This document shows, piece by piece, positions 30,597-39,577 of a stretch of 64,000 nucleotides of DNA. How positions within the stretch are numbered: the stretch's first letter is position 1; each line of letters starts with the position of its first letter. This DNA comes from Acidobacteriota bacterium. GTDB taxonomy: Bacteria; Acidobacteriota; UBA890; WLXD01. Both the position numbers and the translations under genes were made by a program. The notes beneath the pieces were generated by a model. That model saw only the letters and a program-made list of their open reading frames with translations. It was not told where the DNA came from and searched no databases. The DNA lies in NCBI GenBank assembly GCA_965248695.1, contig CBDFKD010000002.1:4992001-5056000 (forward strand). The letters run 5' to 3'.

Positions 30597-31526
30597 CTAG
30601 AAGATTACGGAGCCTTGGCCACGCTCGTCGATCATCTTCTGGATATGCGCTACGAGCAGCTCTCGTCGTTCCAGGAGCGCGCCCATCTGTTCCGAAACGA
30701 GGTAAGCGTCGATCGCCGCGCGGATCTGGTCGTCGGTCACCTGCTGTAGCAGCTCCCACATGCGCGGACTGCACCAGACGATCTCATCGCCGTAGCGCAG
30801 GTCCTTGTGCACCTGGAATGCGCGTGAGTGATCGATCATCCAAAGTGCCCATTCAGTGTCGATAAGGTAGTTGCCGCGGTTCCGGTCGTCGTTGAAGATC
30901 AAGCTGTCGAATATGCGCATCGCCTGGATCTGGCGCTGCCAGTCGGCCGTCACGGGTGGAGGTCCCGCCGCTCCTTGGCCGGCCTCGCCGAGCGTGCGCT
31001 CTATCCAGAGCTGCACGCTTCCATCGATGCCGTTGACCCTGCGGCACACGGTGGGCGGTACGTTGTCGAGCTCGAACAAGCGCGCCATCTGATAGGCGGC
31101 GCACTGGCCCTTGTAGCTATCGTAGTAGCGGCTGAAGCTGCGGCCGTTCATGCGGCGGGCCCGCGAGACTCTGTCGATCTCGTGAAACGCGCCGTGCGCT
31201 CGAACACCGTCACGCTCGAGTACCAGGCGCTTGATCCCAGTGACGCCGATACCGACGTTCTCCGATGACACGACAAGGGCCGTACGCAGGAACTCCGTCG
31301 CCTCGTCGTAGGTCCGAAAGGGTAGCGGCGTACCATTCGGCCCCGGCCACGGGCGGGCAATCTCTGCATCGTCCTGAGATCGATGCACCCAGGCGAGCGT
31401 GCTCGTAGTGAGCGCCGGCGATAGCACCAGAGCCACGGCGGTGGCCGCGAGCAGAACACTCCGGGCCGCCTTCACGCGGCGCGCGGTCGGATGGGTTCTC
31501 TCTTGAGCGCTGATGCCGGGCTCCAC
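30597..31526 (-). CDS. secreted PI3/PI4-kinase-fold (HipA/CtkA-like) protein
   Basis: AAY...L...VPPTV.R, GSVQLW, FDSLIFNDDRNRGN, IDHSRAF; signal-like LLAATAVALVLSPAL. Start uncertain (GTG 31526 or 31475). Confidence 0.65.
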   Translation of the reverse strand: MEPGISAQERTHPTARRVKAARSVLLAATAVALVLSPALTTSTLAWVHRSQDDAEIARPWPGPNGTPLPFRTYDEATEFLRTALVVSSENVGIGVTGIKRLVLERDGVRAHGAFHEIDRVSRARRMNGRSFSRYYDSYKGQCAAYQMARLFELDNVPPTVCRRVNGIDGSVQLWIERTLGEAGQGAAGPPPVTADWQRQIQAMRIFDSLIFNDDRNRGNYLIDTEWALWMIDHSRAFQVHKDLRYGDEIVWCSPRMWELLQQVTDDQIRAAIDAYLVSEQMGALLERRELLVAHIQKMIDERGQGSVIF

Positions 31527-31594
31527 GGCGCTATCACAGAGGGGTGGGCGAAGCGCCTGAAGCCTATCGCCAGAGCCGGCGAGATCCAACGGAG
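31514..31594 (-). repeat. island repeat copy (promoter plus VEPG start)
   Basis: TTGGAT(31589-31584)-CTCGCCGGCTCTGGCGA-TAGGCT(31566-31561); GCCGTGGAGCCCGGCA at 31529-31514. Confidence 0.85.
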
Positions 31595-31638
31595 ACGGCA
31601 GGGTAGACACGACCGGCCTTCGCCGGGGAATACCTGCC

Positions 31639-31872
31639 CTACTTGTGCTTCTCGCGTCGCTCCCCATAGCGCGCGCCGCTCAACGAGGCGGAGAGGGTGT
31701 GGTTGCCTTCGTGACACGCATACTCATAGAGGGCCTCGTCGAATCGCGTGAACGGAACCCCGCCTCCCCGCGGGGCCACCTTGGTCCAGTGCCCCTGGAG
31801 ATCCGGGTGGCCGTGCACCGTCCTCGGCAGTTGCCACTCTCCGCGGTCGGGAGCAGCGTTTTGCGCCGCCAC
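31639..31872 (-). pseudogene. internally deleted remnant of a secreted hypothetical protein
   Basis: N-terminal PRTVHGHPDLQGHWT joined almost directly to C-terminal LYEYACHEGN; these motifs are normally far apart. Confidence 0.55.
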
Positions 31873-31898
31873 GGTCGATCACAGCGTCGCGCCGGAAA

Positions 31899-33455
31899 CT
31901 AGTGAATGAGCAAGAGCTCTTGTTGCGGCGGAGACAAGCGCGCTACTCCACTTGCAGTCGCAATCGCCTGCTCATGGTTCCAGAACACCAAGTACTGGTC
32001 TTCGCCTTCGTCCGCAGGTGACGGCAGATAGAAGAAGTACTCGAGAACGAAGTGGTGGTTGGGCGAGAGCGGTACGTCGAAAACCCAATCCTCGCCATAG
32101 GAGCCCATTCTGGGGCCCAAGCCGGTATCGAACCGCATCTCACGCGCTCCTTTCCCCACCCCGTGAAGGTCGAAGGTAACCCGCGTACTCTCGGGGTCGA
32201 AGTTCTCAGGATAGACGTGAGAACCGCTGTCCCAGCACCCGGCCTCCATATATTGATACTGGCCGAGAATCGGCTTCAGGAAGCACAGGCTCTCGAAGAG
32301 GTTCGGCTGAACCATGGGCAACTGGGGATCTCTGACAATGATGCCGGCGTCGGCAAGCTTCTGCTGGTAGCCCTTCATTATTTCGCGGGGGGTAAGGCCC
32401 GCCCGGACGGTCTCCGACAGGATCTCGGCGATCGTCAGATGTTCCGCCCAGAGCTTCTCGATGTCGGCCGGCGGTGCGCTCTCTCCGTCACGCAACACGT
32501 AGGCGAAGAGTCCCTGGCTCGGTGCTGCAAGAATGTCGCCTCCTTGAACCACGCTGTCTTCCCAGCTTTCGCTCCCTCCCCGTTGCGATGGTTGGGTGCG
32601 CATTCTGCGAAAGATAGTCATGCCCAAATCGCGAGTCTTGGTTGCGCCCGGCACGATGTCGGCCAGAGCGCGCCTCAGGCGTTCGAGCTCTTCCGCGCGC
32701 ATCTTCGTGAGCAGCTCGACTTCGCTCGGCACCGGGCTGATGTTGTAGTCCATGATCAGGTATTCGGACGACACCAGCCTGTCGGCGTACTCCTCACCGA
32801 GCTCCTCAGCTAGCAGGAGGTAGTCCGCGTGCGAAATCCCATCATCTGTTCTGGTGGAGGTCGCCCACGGAGCGAGCTGGTCTCGGTAATTGACCGCGAT
32901 GCGCTCCGGGTCGCGCGCTTCAACGAAGGCTCCGAGGCCCTTGAATCGGTGGTCATACTCCGTCATCGGGCTCGACAAGGGTTCGCCATAGACAACCGGT
33001 TCGCCGACGATGTCGTAGGCTCCGAGCGCTTCCATCGGATCCGAGTAGTCGCTGCGGCTCTTCGCCAGTTCAGTCGACCAGTCCGAAAACACGACACGCT
33101 GTGAAGCTCGCCAGCGACGCCCGATAATCGCCCGCTCGATCCGATCACCACCACGGTCCGTGAAGACGAAGACACCGGAGGTGCTGCCTAGCTCTTCCGC
33201 CCCGAACGGATCGGGGATGGCGGCGCGCATCACATGGACCCACATGTCGATGCCACGGTTCCGCATGATCTTCGGCACGATGAGGTCGAACTTGTCCCGA
33301 CGAATCTGGTTGTTCTCCTCGCCGTAGCGTGAGGAACCTACGGGCTCGTCTTGAGCCACGGCCGCGGCAGCAAACAACGTTGCCAGACCGAATAGCAGCA
33401 ACAGGCTCAGGGCGCTGGCGCAAATCGTCCGGGAACCTGTCGAAGTGCTCTGCAT
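31899..33455 (-). CDS. secreted M24/Xaa-Pro aminopeptidase-like protein
   Basis: Signal peptide; RRDKFDLIVPKIMR..GIDMW, RDPERIAVN, DGISH, HGVG, HEQA. Confidence 0.6.
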   Translation of the reverse strand: MQSTSTGSRTICASALSLLLLFGLATLFAAAAVAQDEPVGSSRYGEENNQIRRDKFDLIVPKIMRNRGIDMWVHVMRAAIPDPFGAEELGSTSGVFVFTDRGGDRIERAIIGRRWRASQRVVFSDWSTELAKSRSDYSDPMEALGAYDIVGEPVVYGEPLSSPMTEYDHRFKGLGAFVEARDPERIAVNYRDQLAPWATSTRTDDGISHADYLLLAEELGEEYADRLVSSEYLIMDYNISPVPSEVELLTKMRAEELERLRRALADIVPGATKTRDLGMTIFRRMRTQPSQRGGSESWEDSVVQGGDILAAPSQGLFAYVLRDGESAPPADIEKLWAEHLTIAEILSETVRAGLTPREIMKGYQQKLADAGIIVRDPQLPMVQPNLFESLCFLKPILGQYQYMEAGCWDSGSHVYPENFDPESTRVTFDLHGVGKGAREMRFDTGLGPRMGSYGEDWVFDVPLSPNHHFVLEYFFYLPSPADEGEDQYLVFWNHEQAIATASGVARLSPPQQELLLIH

Positions 33456-33530
33456 GTGCGTCAGACCTGCCTCGGTTGTCGTAGAAGTGCCCGTAGCCTG
33501 CTATGGGTCACTGGTTTCTCGCAAGCGCCG

Positions 33531-33617
33531 GCGACTTCGTCAGAACAGGCGATAACCAATGGAGAGATCGGCAAGAGTACAAGCGGCATCGGCGAGAGGT
33601 GACCGTCGTAGGCTCAG
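33531..33617 (-). repeat. degenerate island repeat copy including tRNA-Glu-like core
   Basis: TCGTCAGAACAGGCGATAACCAATGGAG (22/28 to the 54322 copy), then GGCATCGGCGA...GTCGTAGGCTCAG aligning with GGCAACGGCGA...GTGGTAGCCCCAA. Confidence 0.6.
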
Positions 33618-33628
33618 ATCCGCGGGGA

Positions 33629-35557
33629 CTAGCCGTGGCGCATCTGCAAGAGCTCGCCGACGGCGCGGTGAGCCTGATCGATGGCGATCTCGGTCATGGC
33701 CCGTGCGCCGGTGTCGGAGTTGGCGATGGCGATCCGGCCACGAGGATGCCGGGCGGTGACCCAAGGGGCACGCTCGGGCGGCACCTCATCGGGCCTCCAC
33801 GCGATCTGACCCGTCTTCGGATCGAGGCCTTTAGCATAGCCGTGCGGCCAGCGGTTCACCGTGATGGCCTCGATGTCGCGCGCCGGGTCGAAGCCTCCGG
33901 CGGACAGTATCCGGCCGAGCTGGTCCCTGATCTTTCGCTCGAAGGTCGCGAACGTCGTCGCCAGCAGACCATGGCGCGCGGCCTTCCACTGCTCAGCCAC
34001 GGACCGCCCGCGGGCCTCCGGTACGAGGGGAACGCGCCACATGCGCACGACGATGGGCTCCTCGGGCGTACCAGCGTGTCGGTAGTTGCCGATGCTGATG
34101 GGTGGCGGCACATTCACGTTCTCGAAATAACTCCCCGGGCAGCGCACCCTGCTCACACCGAGCCTGGCGAAGGCGGTCCAGTTGCGGATCAGGACGTTGG
34201 TGTAGACAAGGGGCGACTTGAGTGCGTTCGATAGCGCCTGTTTTTGAGTATCCGGCAGCTCCTCGCAGATCAAAGGGATCACGGCGTTGTAACAGGCGAG
34301 CACGCAACGACCGGCGCGAACGCGCCGGGCGTGGCCGTCGCGGACGTAGGTGACCTCGACCTCCTTGGCGGTTCGCCGATCGCCACGGTGAGCTACCCGC
34401 ACCGCTGTGCTCTCCAGACGCACGCGGACAGCCGAGCCTTCCCGATCGAGCTTGCCGTAGTCGAACGGAGCGTCGACGATGTCCTCCATCGTGCTGCCGG
34501 GAGCGACCTCTGGGATCAGCGACCGGACGATCAGACGCGCGATCGACGCGTTGCCATCCGGAAACTGGAAGAAAGCACGCTCCTCGCGGTTATCATCGGC
34601 ACCATCATCGTCGTCGCCGAGCCCCAGCCCGGTGGTCCCAGGCCAGCGGCCGGCGCCGAGCCAGGCGGGGACGCCATCGAGGCCGATAGTCCAACCGCCG
34701 GAGGTCTCGAGGAAGGAGATTGCCTCGCGACCTATCTTGGCCACCTTCAAGAGAAAGTCTTCGTAGCTCGTGTTGCGAAGAAACTCGACCTTTTCCTCCA
34801 AGCTGAGGTGTGCCAGGTAATCGATGTTCGGCTCGTGGAGTCTTACAAGGTCATCACGTGCCGTTTCGGACAGGGGCGCGCGCGCCAGGAACTCGCGCCA
34901 AGAGGGCTCGCCTTCGCCTACCAGCAGCCGATCGGTGCCGAACGTTTCGCGGTCGAAGAAAACCGATCTGCGCAGGCCAAGTGAGCTGTACAGATCGCTA
35001 TCGACGAATTCGGAGTAACGGCTTACGTCGATGCCAATCCCGCGGATCAGGCGCTGGGCTCCTTCACCGTACTCGTTCAGGTTGGAGATAAAAATCGTGC
35101 CGCCATGTGACAGGAACATCCGACCGTCGAGCCGGAACTCGTTGCGCTTGGCATGACCGCCGAAGTCGTCGTGGTTGTCGAGAATCAGGATGCGGGCGTC
35201 GGGAACCGCTTCCTGGTAGAACCACGCCGCTGCGAGGCCGCTGAGGCCACCGCCAACCACGACCAGATCGTAGAGCTCACCCGTCTCCTCCGCGTTGTCC
35301 CAGCGCACGCCTTCGACAAGCTGGTGGGCAACCTCGTAGGAGCCGTCGTGGCTGCCGCGCATGCCGGTACGGATGGGTGGGTACGCGTCGGCGAGGGTCT
35401 GTGAGACCCCTCCCGGAGCCTCAGGGCTCGCCAAGGCGTTCGTCTGCGCCCACGGGAACGTGAGACTGCCGCTTAGCGCAACGCTGACACCGGAGACGAA
35501 GTCGCGACGGTTAATCTCCCGGTGCATCCCGAGATCACGATCATCACTGCTGGACAT
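33629..35557 (-). CDS. Tat-exported FAD oxidoreductase, spermidine dehydrogenase (SpdH)-like, copy 1
   Basis: DRDLGM...RRDF leader, YPP..GMRGSH, GGGLSGL, DNHDDFGGHAKRNE, FPDGNA, ITVNRWPHGY, IANSD. Confidence 0.85.
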   Translation of the reverse strand: MSSSDDRDLGMHREINRRDFVSGVSVALSGSLTFPWAQTNALASPEAPGGVSQTLADAYPPIRTGMRGSHDGSYEVAHQLVEGVRWDNAEETGELYDLVVVGGGLSGLAAAWFYQEAVPDARILILDNHDDFGGHAKRNEFRLDGRMFLSHGGTIFISNLNEYGEGAQRLIRGIGIDVSRYSEFVDSDLYSSLGLRRSVFFDRETFGTDRLLVGEGEPSWREFLARAPLSETARDDLVRLHEPNIDYLAHLSLEEKVEFLRNTSYEDFLLKVAKIGREAISFLETSGGWTIGLDGVPAWLGAGRWPGTTGLGLGDDDDGADDNREERAFFQFPDGNASIARLIVRSLIPEVAPGSTMEDIVDAPFDYGKLDREGSAVRVRLESTAVRVAHRGDRRTAKEVEVTYVRDGHARRVRAGRCVLACYNAVIPLICEELPDTQKQALSNALKSPLVYTNVLIRNWTAFARLGVSRVRCPGSYFENVNVPPPISIGNYRHAGTPEEPIVVRMWRVPLVPEARGRSVAEQWKAARHGLLATTFATFERKIRDQLGRILSAGGFDPARDIEAITVNRWPHGYAKGLDPKTGQIAWRPDEVPPERAPWVTARHPRGRIAIANSDTGARAMTEIAIDQAHRAVGELLQMRHG

Positions 35558-35768
35558 GGGTCCTCCGGATTCTCTGACGCCGTTGCTGCGCGGACCGTCG
35601 GTTCTCGAGTCCCTAGCGATTCCTCTCGTGTCCAAACTCTACCGTTCCGGAGCCTAACGCCCAGTTGGGCTGAGTGCCACGATCGTAGGAGGTGCGCTCG
35701 TTGGCGGGGGTTCCTTGAGTGGAAGCGGCCATGACGGCAACGTCGTGATCGCGATAGGCTCCGACGCC

Positions 35769-36548
35769 ATGATCGCCATACGAACCGATATGGACTTCAC
35801 CGACAAGCGAGTTCTAGTAACGGGTAGCAGTCGGGGTATCGGGTTTGCGGTTGCCAGAGCCTTTGTCGACGCCGGCGCCCGCGTCGCCATCAATGGCAGA
35901 ACAACGCACTCCGTGAGCGCCGCCATGGAGAGACTGGACGAGGGTGCGCGCCTGGCCGCAGCGCCCGGCGATATCGGAACCGTTCCGGGCTGCGAGTCGG
36001 TAGTGAGCACTGCGAACGACACCTTCGGCGGCCTCGATGTTCTGGTGAACAGCGCCGGTATCGTGTCGGCCAAACCCATCGAGGACAGCGACGAGGGAAT
36101 GTGGGACGCTCAACTCGACGTGAACCTGAAGGGCACCTTCTTCTGCTGCCGCGCGGCATTGTTCGCACTACGCGAGTCCAGCGGCAACATCGTCAACATG
36201 GCCTCGGATGCCGGGCTGATGGGGTTTGCAGGGGTCGCCGTGTACTGCGCATCGAAAGCAGGGGTCGTCAACATGACCCGCGCCATGGCGTTGGAGGTCG
36301 CGCCAGACGTACGCGTCAACTGTGTCTGTCCGGGCTATGTCGATACCGACATGATCCGCCGAGACAACATCGACAAGAAGGATGATCCGGCCGCAGCCGA
36401 GCAGAGGATGATCGACTACGCGCCGATGAAGCGCATCGCAACGCCCGCCGAGATCAGCCAGGCGGTTCTCTATCTGGCTTCATCCGAAGCGCGTTTCGTC
36501 ACGGGTGCGGCGCTAGCGATTGATGGCGGCGTGACCGCTGGCCGTTGA
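35769..36548 (+). CDS. SDR family oxidoreductase
   Basis: TGSSRGIG, NSAG, YCASK, CPGYVDT. Confidence 0.92.
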   Translation: MIAIRTDMDFTDKRVLVTGSSRGIGFAVARAFVDAGARVAINGRTTHSVSAAMERLDEGARLAAAPGDIGTVPGCESVVSTANDTFGGLDVLVNSAGIVSAKPIEDSDEGMWDAQLDVNLKGTFFCCRAALFALRESSGNIVNMASDAGLMGFAGVAVYCASKAGVVNMTRAMALEVAPDVRVNCVCPGYVDTDMIRRDNIDKKDDPAAAEQRMIDYAPMKRIATPAEISQAVLYLASSEARFVTGAALAIDGGVTAGR

Positions 36549-36578
36549 GCTCCGGTCTGGCTCGCCGAAGAGTGTTTC

Positions 36579-37988
36579 TCAGGAGTACCCGATCAAAACG
36601 GCCACGGCCAATGCGATCGAGCCCACGATCCAGATCTTCACCATGAAGGGCAGGATGAATCGCAGCCAGCGGTCGTACGGGATCGCTGCCATGGCCAGGG
36701 CTCCCACCAGGACAGCCTGGGTGGGAACCAGGATGTTGCTGAACCCGTCGCCGAACTGGAAGGCCAGTACCGACACCTGCCGGCTGACGCCCGCGAGGTC
36801 GGCCAAAGGAGCCATGATCGGCATGGTGACGTAGGCCTGACCGGTTCCCGAGGGGATGAAGAAGTTGGCGATGCTCTGAACGAAGAACATTCCGATGGCG
36901 GAGAAGGCTCCTGGAAGCTCTCTCACGGGAAGGCTGATGCCGTAAACCAAGGTGTCCACGATGCCGCCCTCGTTGAGGATCACCGAGATGCCCCGGGCCA
37001 CGCCGATCAGCAGGGCAACGCTCGTGAAGCTCGCTGCGCCGGCGCCGAACTCCACCGCAGTGCGATCGGGCCTCATGCGGGCGATGATGGCAATGATCAC
37101 GGTGAGCGCGACGAAGACCGCCTGCATCTCGATCAGAAACCACTGCCGCTGGCTCAGCCCGTAGACAAGCACGATCTGCGAGATGGCAACGGCGGCCAGG
37201 ACCAACTTGTGTGTCGGGGTCATCGGGAGATGATCGGCGCCGGCGTCTCCGTCTACGCCACTGGTAGTCGACGCCCCAACGGGCGCGCTCACGTCGGCCA
37301 CCAGGCTCGCCGCTGGATCCCGCTTCACCTTCTTGGCATAGGACCAGACGTGGTGGATGCCGATCGGCAGGAAGACGACCATGAGCACAACGCGGTACCA
37401 AAGCCCCGATGCGGGTTGGAGCCCGGCGATGTCCTGGGCGAGAAGTGTGGTGAAGGGGTTGATGAGGGCAGCGCCGAAGCCGACGCCATACCCGATCATG
37501 ATGATCCCCACGGCCGTGACCCTGTCGTATCCGAGGGCGAGAGCGAGCGTGATGAGGACGGGGACAAAGGGGAAATACTCTTCGCCGAATCCGATGGTGC
37601 TCGAACCGAGGGCGAACAAGGTGGTTCCGCCGGCTACCAACCAGAAGGGTCGATCCCCCCATCGGCGGAGGAGAGCTCCTATGACGGCATCCACCGCCCC
37701 CGTGGCGCGTAGAACGGCGACCGCTCCCCCGATGATGAGGAGCAAGAAGATGATCTGGTGCGCGCCGGTCAGCCCCTTGGGAACGGCGGTCAGGCTGGCC
37801 AGTGGCGACAACGCCGGAGCATCGACGGTGAACTCGAAGCTACCGGGAACGACCTGGAGTCGCCCAGCCGCATTCTCCACTCGTTCGAACGACCCGGCGG
37901 GAAGGACGTAGGAGAGGATCTGGCCCAGGATCACCATCGCGAACAGGATGACCAGCGTGTGTGGGACCTTGAGCTTGCTTTTCGTCAC
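36579..37988 (-). CDS. YfcC/TIGR00366-family transporter (basic amino acid / C4-dicarboxylate)
   Basis: VPHTLVILF, INPFT..LAQ, FIPSGTGQA..TMPIMAPL, AFQFGDG; multiple TM helices. Confidence 0.88.
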   Translation of the reverse strand: MTKSKLKVPHTLVILFAMVILGQILSYVLPAGSFERVENAAGRLQVVPGSFEFTVDAPALSPLASLTAVPKGLTGAHQIIFLLLIIGGAVAVLRATGAVDAVIGALLRRWGDRPFWLVAGGTTLFALGSSTIGFGEEYFPFVPVLITLALALGYDRVTAVGIIMIGYGVGFGAALINPFTTLLAQDIAGLQPASGLWYRVVLMVVFLPIGIHHVWSYAKKVKRDPAASLVADVSAPVGASTTSGVDGDAGADHLPMTPTHKLVLAAVAISQIVLVYGLSQRQWFLIEMQAVFVALTVIIAIIARMRPDRTAVEFGAGAASFTSVALLIGVARGISVILNEGGIVDTLVYGISLPVRELPGAFSAIGMFFVQSIANFFIPSGTGQAYVTMPIMAPLADLAGVSRQVSVLAFQFGDGFSNILVPTQAVLVGALAMAAIPYDRWLRFILPFMVKIWIVGSIALAVAVLIGYS

Positions 37989-38209
37989 GATGGGTGCCTT
38001 CTGCTCACGACCTCGGCATCGAAGAATAAACAACTCGGCCAGCAAGCGCGGCTTTTCTCACCCCGATGCAGCGGGCCGAGTACACTGACGCCGCGCTCGA
38101 TGCGGTGAACCGGACGATACCGTCTCGCGAAGCCACCGGAGATCGCGGCACTGTTCGCCCCCGGTCGGGACGCCAGAGTCGCCGCCAACCAAGAAGGGGA
38201 ATCGCTCGC

Positions 38210-38971
38210 ATGAGATTGGACGGCATGGTGGGCCTGATCACCGGTGGCACCGCGGGAATCGGCACCGCCACCGCGGTGCGCTTCGCGCGCGAAGGAGCAT
38301 CGGTGGTACTGACGGGGCGCAACTCGGAGCGCGGCGAGGCGGTGGCGCAGTCGATCGCCGACGCCGGCGGCGAGGCAATGTTCATCCGCTCCGACGTGCG
38401 CCTTGCCGAGGATTGCCGGCAGGCCGTAGAGCAGACGCTGGAGCGCTTTGGCCGCATCGACATCCTGTTCAACAACGCCGGGGTGTTTCATCCGAAGACC
38501 GTTCCGGATTGTACCGAGGAGGAGTGGGACGAGACGATCGACTCCAGCCTGAAAGGGGCCTTTCTGATGTCGAAGTACACCATTCCGTCGATGATCGAGA
38601 ACGGTGGCGGCTCGATCATCCACACCAGCTCCGGCTGGGGCATCCTCGGCGGCGACAAGGCGGCGGCCTACTGTGCGGCGAAGGGAGGCCTGATCGTCAT
38701 GGCCAAGGCGATGGCGATCGACCACGGCCCCGACGGCATTCGCGTCAACTGCGTGTGCCCTGGCGACGTCGATACTCCGATGCTCCCCGACGACGCCGCC
38801 AAGCGTGGCCAGTCGTGGGAGGAGTATCTCGCCGGCTGCTCGGAACGGCCGCTGGGCCGCATCGGCACCGCTGACGAGATAGCGGACGCGGTGGTCTTCC
38901 TCGCTTCCGACCAAGCTTCGTTCGTCACCGGCGAGTCTCTGGTCGTAGACGGCGGTGGCGTCGCCGGCTGA
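38210..38971 (+). CDS. SDR family oxidoreductase
   Basis: TGGTAGIG, NNAG, YCAAKG, CPGDVDTPM. Confidence 0.92.
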   Translation: MRLDGMVGLITGGTAGIGTATAVRFAREGASVVLTGRNSERGEAVAQSIADAGGEAMFIRSDVRLAEDCRQAVEQTLERFGRIDILFNNAGVFHPKTVPDCTEEEWDETIDSSLKGAFLMSKYTIPSMIENGGGSIIHTSSGWGILGGDKAAAYCAAKGGLIVMAKAMAIDHGPDGIRVNCVCPGDVDTPMLPDDAAKRGQSWEEYLAGCSERPLGRIGTADEIADAVVFLASDQASFVTGESLVVDGGGVAG

Positions 38972-38991
38972 AGCGCCCCAAGGGCCAAGAT

Positions 38992-39435
38992 TCATCGCAT
39001 CGACCTGGAGCCACCGGTTCGCTCTTCAATCGCGGCCCGCTCTTCCGGCGTAATCGGTCGATCCGGTTCCGATGCAATGCGCTCGTGAAGCGCACGGAAT
39101 TGCTCGACCAATTCCGGACTGTCCATGAAGTAGACGACCTTCAGAGGCTCGTCATTGTCCGGGTTCGCGATGCGGTGAAATGTGCTCTGCGGCACGAGGA
39201 TCACGTCACCAGGTTCAATGGTCTCGGTCTGGTCGCCCAGCGTCGCGGTGCCCCGACCTGACACGACATAGAACAGCTCATCGCCCTGGTCGTGAGCGTG
39301 GAGATTCGTCGTGTAGCCTCGCTGGAATGTTTGTTCAACCAGCATCGGGCTCAACGTTCCGGTCTCCGGCGATGCCTTGACGACAATGCCGTTCAGCAGC
39401 GGTTCACCCTCTCCCGACTTGAGAACGAGTCCCAT
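38992..39435 (-). CDS. cupin domain protein
   Basis: HAHDQGDELFYVVSGRG...PGD...P...H; GAGGGAGG RBS. Confidence 0.85.
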   Translation of the reverse strand: MGLVLKSGEGEPLLNGIVVKASPETGTLSPMLVEQTFQRGYTTNLHAHDQGDELFYVVSGRGTATLGDQTETIEPGDVILVPQSTFHRIANPDNDEPLKVVYFMDSPELVEQFRALHERIASEPDRPITPEERAAIEERTGGSRSMR

Positions 39436-39577
39436 CGTTCCTCCCTCAGTCCGCGTCGCTGACATCGGATCCATCTCGCGCAGAAGCGACAATAGGCTGG
39501 AGATCGTCTGATCTCCCTGACCGACTATCACGAATCGGCGAGCACTGGCAGTGTGACGATGATCGCCCGTGCGGCCT

